Positions 24,874 to 29,601 of a stretch of DNA of 29,601 nucleotides are shown piece after piece; position 1 is the first letter of the stretch, and every line of letters starts with the position of its first letter. Source of the DNA: a virus (Duplodnaviria; Caudoviricetes); IMG/VR virus record IMGVR_UViG_3300010361_000029, positions 1 to 29,601 of that record, one strand, 5' to 3'. Below the pieces are notes generated by a model. It had not been told where the DNA came from. It saw nothing but the letters and a program-made list of their open reading frames with translations, and did no database searches. The position numbers were made by a program, and so were the translations under genes.

Positions 24874-27064
24874 CGGCCTCTCCTGTGTCGACCACCTCGT
24901 AAAACTCGCGTGGGTGACGGTCGCGGCCATTGACCGGCACACGACTGACACGGCGCAGCGCGCCGCTGTTCTCCCACCGCTGCAGCATCATGCGCACGCG
25001 TGCCTTGCCGCTGTTGTCGTTGAGATCGAGCCCGAGCACACGTGCGACCAGCTTGCCCGCCCATTCAGGCGAGCGCGGATTGACACGACCAGTGCCGGCG
25101 CGCAGCTCCCACAGCGCACGCTCGACATCCTGGCCGGTCACGCCAGCCAACGGGTCGGGCTTGATCCAACGTTCGACCACGCCGACATTGTCGCCGCCGA
25201 TGAGCAGCTCAGTGTTGCCCAAGTCGACCGAGCGATGGCGGTACCACTCGGCCTTGTCGGCGGGCGCGGCCATGTTCGCCTTGCCGATGTCGACACGAAA
25301 GAACAGTCCTGGGTGCTCATCGAGCCCGAGCTGCGCCGCCTCGGCGACCGTCATGCGATTGAGCAGGCGCAGATCGCGCACGGCGCCTTGCAGCGTGCTC
25401 GACCCGCGCGCGTGGTCCGCCGTCACATCCTCGCCATTGGCCTTGCGGCTGTGATGCACCAGCTCGACCGAGCAGCTGCACGCCTCCGCGAGCCGGCGCG
25501 CAATCGCCTTGAACATCGGGTCCATCTCGGTGCTGTTCTCGTTGAGCCGGTGCGTCGACACGAGTGGATCGATGATCAGCACGTCGATGTGCTTGGCTGT
25601 CAGATCGGCTGCGAGCGCCTGAAACTCGACATCGTTGAGCAGCGCACCGGTTCGCTGCGAGCTGCCGAGAATGATCTCCAGATTGCGACCGCTGTCGACA
25701 TACAGCCGGCCGGTCAGCTCCTCGGGCGTGACGTTGTAATGCAGGCAAATGGACGCGAGACGCCGCTCCAGCTCGTCATAAGGGTCTTCGCCATTCCACA
25801 GCATCACCCGGCATTGCTGTGTCGGCGTGTGCCCGAGCAGCGGCTTGCCCGTCACCATCGCAACAGCCTCGACCATCGTGAGTGCTGACTTGCCCACACC
25901 GCCCGGTGCGACCGTGCAGCTCACGAACCCGCGAATGTAGTGCTTCGCGTATAGCCACTCGCGACGCGGGATCGCTCTGCGGTCGCGCAGCTCGAATGCC
26001 GGGAAGCGCTCGTGCTGCGGCTGCTGTGGTTGCTGCGGCTGTAGCGGCGGCGCCTCGACCTGATACGTGTCGGTGCGCAGCGAGTGGCTGACGAGCGCGG
26101 CGTCGAGATCGCGCATCGAGCTGATCTCGCCACGACAGAAACGGTTCAGGGTTGAGAGGCATTTGGCGAATACGTCGCGCTCGCCGCGCGTGATCTTGCC
26201 CGGCACCTCGATGGCGACGTGCTCCTCGTATTGCGGCCACACCAGCTCATACAGCTCGTCGGTAGTGGGCACGCAGCCATGTGTGCCGATGAAATCGCGC
26301 AGGCACGCGAGCACCGTGTCGCGCATGTATTGCTCGCGGCCATCGGTCAGCTTGCCGGGACCGAGCCCGAGCGAATTTTTTTCGACCGTCGCGCACACGG
26401 GTGCCTGCGGTGGGCCATAGGTAGGTGAGGCACCTAGGAATGCCTCGCAGTGCTCGGTGATCTGCGCCACGCTGAAGCGCTTCAGAGGCTCGCTGATGCG
26501 CTCCAGAAAGGTGGGCTCTAGCACACGCCCCGGCTTCACCGGCTGTGCCAGCGAGCCCGCCAAGCGCATCACGCGGCTCGGATTGGTGACGGTCGTATCG
26601 CCATCGTATTTCGCTGCCATGGCGCGCTGCAGGCTCGACCAGATGTCGAGCGCGAGCATCGGCTCATCGAGCAGCCACCACATCTGCATGCGCTTGTGTG
26701 GATGCATGCCGGTGACGACGCAGAACGATGGCGGCATGTCGCCCCACAGGTTGGGTGCATTCTCGGCGCGACCTTGCTTGTCGAGATCGACCACGACAGC
26801 CGGCGCGCAGATCACATCGCGATCCTTGGCGCGTGCGAACGGTGCCGTGTGTGCATGACGCAGGTTGGCGCCAATGTAGATGTTGTAGCCGCGCCCGTTC
26901 TGCAGCAGTGCCTCGCCTGCGAGCTGCTCGAGCCCGCGCGTATCGGTGAGCATGGCCTTGTTGGGCGCCGGGCAGCCGAACGCCAGCTCGACCAAGCCGG
27001 CGTCGCGGCACGCGCCGAACAGCAGCTGCAGATGGCGCAGCATGACTTGGTAGTCGGCCTTCAC
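24863..27064 (-). CDS. RepB-like (AEP-type) primase fused to AAA_25 / RecA-type helicase
   Basis: VVVDLD, PPSFCVVTG, MQMWWLL and GD..V.NPSRVMRLAGS (primase); APGGVGKS, WNGED, LIIDP, LVHHSRK and ARGSS (helicase). GTG start overlapping the upstream stop. Confidence 0.88.
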   Translation of the reverse strand: MKADYQVMLRHLQLLFGACRDAGLVELAFGCPAPNKAMLTDTRGLEQLAGEALLQNGRGYNIYIGANLRHAHTAPFARAKDRDVICAPAVVVDLDKQGRAENAPNLWGDMPPSFCVVTGMHPHKRMQMWWLLDEPMLALDIWSSLQRAMAAKYDGDTTVTNPSRVMRLAGSLAQPVKPGRVLEPTFLERISEPLKRFSVAQITEHCEAFLGASPTYGPPQAPVCATVEKNSLGLGPGKLTDGREQYMRDTVLACLRDFIGTHGCVPTTDELYELVWPQYEEHVAIEVPGKITRGERDVFAKCLSTLNRFCRGEISSMRDLDAALVSHSLRTDTYQVEAPPLQPQQPQQPQHERFPAFELRDRRAIPRREWLYAKHYIRGFVSCTVAPGGVGKSALTMVEAVAMVTGKPLLGHTPTQQCRVMLWNGEDPYDELERRLASICLHYNVTPEELTGRLYVDSGRNLEIILGSSQRTGALLNDVEFQALAADLTAKHIDVLIIDPLVSTHRLNENSTEMDPMFKAIARRLAEACSCSVELVHHSRKANGEDVTADHARGSSTLQGAVRDLRLLNRMTVAEAAQLGLDEHPGLFFRVDIGKANMAAPADKAEWYRHRSVDLGNTELLIGGDNVGVVERWIKPDPLAGVTGQDVERALWELRAGTGRVNPRSPEWAGKLVARVLGLDLNDNSGKARVRMMLQRWENSGALRRVSRVPVNGRDRHPREFYEVVDTGEADGD

Positions 27065-27237
27065 GCGACACGCTCCAGCTTCCAGCCTCTGTTGTGGCAG
27101 TACTGCATGACGCGCACGAGCGGCCACCCGACCATGTACTTGATGATCGGTGCCGCGCGCACGACCGTGTCGCTGACCTCGGCCAGCTCCAGGCCGGCGT
27201 CGAAGTGCGGCGCCGTGATCGAATACAGCGGTTTCAT
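27061..27237 (-). CDS. Small conserved phage protein (58 aa; below ORF-track cutoff)
   Basis: My translation: MKPLYSITAPHFDAGLELAEVSDTVVRAAPIIKYMVGWPLVRVMQYCHNRGWKLERVA. Overlaps neighbours by 4 bp on both sides. Confidence 0.7.
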   Translation of the reverse strand: MKPLYSITAPHFDAGLELAEVSDTVVRAAPIIKYMVGWPLVRVMQYCHNRGWKLERVA

Positions 27238-27482
27238 GGGAACGGGCCGAACGTGATGTCGTGCGAGTAGCCGTGCGCGGTCAGCCAGACGCGCGCAGCT
27301 TCCTTATCTCCCTTCGACACCTCGGGCAGTGCGACGCGCAGCTTCATCTGACAGATGCGTGCCGTGTGCTCGTTGGTGAACTTGAACCCGCGCGTGCGCC
27401 GCGCAAAGGAACGAAACTCGGCGACCGGTGCGAGGCTCATCGTCGCGAGCTGCGCGTACCAGTGTCTGTTGCGGCCGCTCAT
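27234..27482 (-). CDS. Hypothetical protein (82 aa)
   Basis: ATGA overlaps at both ends. Confidence 0.6.
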   Translation of the reverse strand: MSGRNRHWYAQLATMSLAPVAEFRSFARRTRGFKFTNEHTARICQMKLRVALPEVSKGDKEAARVWLTAHGYSHDITFGPFP

Positions 27483-27679
27483 GGTCCATCTCGATGCGTG
27501 TCGCCGCCGACCAGCGGCCCATGAAACTCGATGATCAGCTCGGGATTGATCACGAGGCGAATGCTCTTGTGATAGAACCCGCCCGGCGTCGACACGTGTG
27601 TCGTCTCGGCGAATTGCTTCATCTGCTGCTCAAGCCGCTTGTAGTCCTCGTAGCTCAGATGCGTGTACACGACGCTCAT
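27479..27679 (-). CDS. Hypothetical protein (66 aa)
   Basis: MSVVYTHLSYEDYKRLEQQM...; ATGA overlaps at both ends. Confidence 0.6.
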   Translation of the reverse strand: MSVVYTHLSYEDYKRLEQQMKQFAETTHVSTPGGFYHKSIRLVINPELIIEFHGPLVGGDTHRDGP

Positions 27680-27984
27680 GCTCTCACCCTCTTGATGGCG
27701 CAGTGCTCGTGTGCGCATGCCGTCGCGCGGTCGAGTACCTGCTCGCAGATGTTCTGGATGTCCTGATCGGGGCGCCCGGCATCGCGTGGCAGCTGGAACG
27801 GGCGAAACGGAAAGCCGGTCGCGCGCAGCGCCGCCTCGGTGGCAATCGCTTTCCTGATCTTGCCGAGCCCGATGAGCCGCGCGTCGAGCCCGACCGCGTA
27901 GCGCGCCCAGATGTAGGCGACGTGATACGTCGTGCGGCCGACTGCGCGGATGTGCTCCTGCGTGCTCAGTTTGTGGCTGGTCAT
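27676..27984 (-). CDS. Hypothetical protein (102 aa)
   Basis: MTSHKLSTQEHIRAVG...; ATGA overlaps at both ends. Confidence 0.55.
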   Translation of the reverse strand: MTSHKLSTQEHIRAVGRTTYHVAYIWARYAVGLDARLIGLGKIRKAIATEAALRATGFPFRPFQLPRDAGRPDQDIQNICEQVLDRATACAHEHCAIKRVRA

Positions 27985-28304
27985 GCCGCAACTGCCTTCG
28001 CGAATTGCTTCGCGACATAGACGAACGCATTGCGTTTGCTGCGCGTGGGGCGTTTCGCAATGGTCTTCACGATGTGGCCGTGGTCTTCCAGCCAGACGTA
28101 GCGCGAGCTGCACGTCTGGTGCCGCAAGCCCAACCTCACCTCGCTCTCGTCGGACGTTGAGCCGTGGTTGCCGCACGCAACGATGTCGTTGTTCACTGTC
28201 GCGTTGAGGTGCGTCAGCTGCTCATCAGTGAAACTGTCTGCAGCTTCGATGCTGGTTTCTGAGTCCTGCACGAAGCCGAGCCCATCTCGATAGTATCCGC
28301 CCAT
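27981..28304 (-). CDS. Winged-helix DNA-binding protein
   Basis: GGAGGT SD; ETSIEAA...GSTSDE...LGLRHQTCSSR...L...G.I......TRSKRNA.VY pattern. Confidence 0.65.
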   Translation of the reverse strand: MGGYYRDGLGFVQDSETSIEAADSFTDEQLTHLNATVNNDIVACGNHGSTSDESEVRLGLRHQTCSSRYVWLEDHGHIVKTIAKRPTRSKRNAFVYVAKQFAKAVAA

Positions 28305-28317
28305 CACATCACCTCCG

Positions 28318-28344
28318 AAAAAAGGGGAGCCTGTGCTGCTCCCC
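28318..28344 (-). terminator. Rho-independent terminator after SSB-like gene
   Basis: Minus strand GGGGAGC-AGCACAG-GCTCCCC-TTTTTT. Confidence 0.8.
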
Positions 28345-28408
28345 AAGTCAGGCGTCCTCGACGGCGGTACGAACGGTGGGAGGAATAGCGACCGCCGCCA
28401 AGCCGTGA

Positions 28409-29131
28409 TCAGCCGAAATCGTTCTCGGCTGCTGCAGGGGTGTTTGCTGGGGCTGATGTGGCCGCTGGTGCGGGCTGCGCCGCCTGCTGCACTTGGGCAG
28501 CCCGCTGCTGTGGAGGCGGCACAGCGGCCGAGCTGGTGGACGGCGGCGCCATGCGCATCGGCGTGACATTGCTCGACTGCGTGGGCACGACGAGCGGCAT
28601 GTCAGCGGGACGATTGACCCAGCGCTCGATGCGCAGCACCGGCTTGTAGTTGGTCGAGGTGGTCTGGCCCGAGCCGGTCTTGACTGCGAGCACGCCGGTC
28701 ATCGCCACGACAGGCAGCATGCCGGGGTTGCCCTGCACGCCTTTCAGGTACTCGTCGTGCAGATCGGATACCGCTTTGATCACAGCCTTTGCGGTCGAGC
28801 CGAACTCGCGCACATCGCCGCCGGCCGCCTTCGCCAGCTTGATGCGCATGCGGAAGCCTTCCTTCCACTTCTCACCGGCCGGCTCGGGTGGCTTCGGATG
28901 TCCGAGCGGTACGAGCACGAACGCCGGCTGCGTGAAATCGATCCAACCGGTCATGATCGAGGCATAGTCGAACACCGCATTGAACACATCGGTGATGTCG
29001 ACCGGGTTGCTCTCCCAGCTGCCGTTGACGTTCGTGCGGTCGACGCGCGACCATCGACCGGCTCGCGCGTCGTATTGCACACGCGGCAGAAAATCGCCGC
29101 CTGCCGTGTCCGTGTTGATGCCGAGTGCCAT
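28409..29131 (-). CDS. Putative single-stranded DNA-binding protein
   Basis: AAGGAG SD, beta-rich core (YDARAGRW, TGWIDF, VREF, NYKP...I..WVNRP), Pro/Ala/Gln linker and acidic-aromatic tail ENDFG. Followed by a terminator. Confidence 0.65.
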   Translation of the reverse strand: MALGINTDTAGGDFLPRVQYDARAGRWSRVDRTNVNGSWESNPVDITDVFNAVFDYASIMTGWIDFTQPAFVLVPLGHPKPPEPAGEKWKEGFRMRIKLAKAAGGDVREFGSTAKAVIKAVSDLHDEYLKGVQGNPGMLPVVAMTGVLAVKTGSGQTTSTNYKPVLRIERWVNRPADMPLVVPTQSSNVTPMRMAPPSTSSAAVPPPQQRAAQVQQAAQPAPAATSAPANTPAAAENDFG

Positions 29132-29135
29132 GGGT

Positions 29136-29483
29136 CTAGCTCCTTTCGTCGGCGTGGTCTTGTTGGTGATTGTCGTTGTCGTTGTCGTTCGCTACTGGCC
29201 TTCGCCTCGCTGCCTCGGCAGCTGCGGCACGGCGCAGCATGGCGACGAACGAGAGGACGTTGTCGCGGAAAACGTCGAGCGCACGCTCGATGTCCTCTTG
29301 GTCCGTGGCGCGTGTGAGAATGTGTGTGCCGGCGATGATCTCCAGCACCTCCAGCACAGCGTCGGGATCGCCACCGAGCAGAGTGCATGCGGTGTCGAGC
29401 TGCACGTGTGTGCTGTGTGCAATCACCTGCAGATGCGCGTGGAGCGCTTCTTCGGACAGGCGCAGGCATGGTTCCACTTTCAT
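29136..29483 (-). CDS. Hypothetical protein (115 aa)
   Basis: Start MKVEPCLRL, 2 bp after the upstream stop; helical, with an NDNDNDN tail. Confidence 0.55.
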   Translation of the reverse strand: MKVEPCLRLSEEALHAHLQVIAHSTHVQLDTACTLLGGDPDAVLEVLEIIAGTHILTRATDQEDIERALDVFRDNVLSFVAMLRRAAAAEAARRRPVANDNDNDNHQQDHADERS

Positions 29484-29485
29484 TG

Positions 29486-29601
29486 TCAGAAACCCCAGAT
29501 GTCGAGCGCAGCTCTCCGCGCTCTGCTGTCGTTGAACATGAAGTGCTCGTAATCGGGACACACGAGCCCCGCCAGCTCATGCTTGTCGTCGCTGAGCGAG
29601 A
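29486..29601 (-). CDS. C-terminus of probable PD-(D/E)XK exonuclease-like protein (partial)
   Basis: My translation: ...SLSDDKHELAGLVCPDYEHFMFNDSRARRAALDIWGF*. Resembles C-termini of phage exonucleases found upstream of SSB genes. Only 38 codons are visible. Confidence 0.45.
   Translation of the reverse strand, partial: SLSDDKHELAGLVCPDYEHFMFNDSRARRAALDIWGF

Noticed and set aside
29168-29190. TGTCGT microsatellite encoding NDNDNDN
   Set aside because: Only about three in-frame units in a disordered tail, with no sign of phase variation.

Overview
The whole window is a segment of a GC-rich, short-tailed (podovirus-like) dsDNA phage or prophage genome, probably from an alphaproteobacterial host (inference). 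Almost all real genes are on the minus strand and are tightly coupled by ATGA/TGATG overlaps. In transcription order (right to left) the window holds: the end of a probable exonuclease, an SSB-like protein, several small early genes, a RepB-like primase/AAA_25 helicase fusion followed by an iteron and hairpin origin candidate, an HTH protein, a putative late regulator, putative terS, an A-tract non-coding gap, small genes including a HAD-like protein, and terL. Next come a three-gene antisense cassette, two peptidoglycan hydrolases (Amidase_3 plus DPBB-like, and GH25), a 545-aa protein with HhH-GPD glycosylase-like motifs, the portal, a fibre-like trio, scaffold, major capsid, decoration genes, a glycosyltransferase, adaptor, nozzle, a GNAT-like protein, an S74-tipped ejection protein and a large ejection protein that runs off the left edge. 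The best novelty candidate is the glycosylase-like protein, which shares an N-terminal FWDxL motif and low-complexity leader with the ejection protein and may be a virion-delivered DNA-acting effector. All family assignments come from motif recognition by eye, not database searches.
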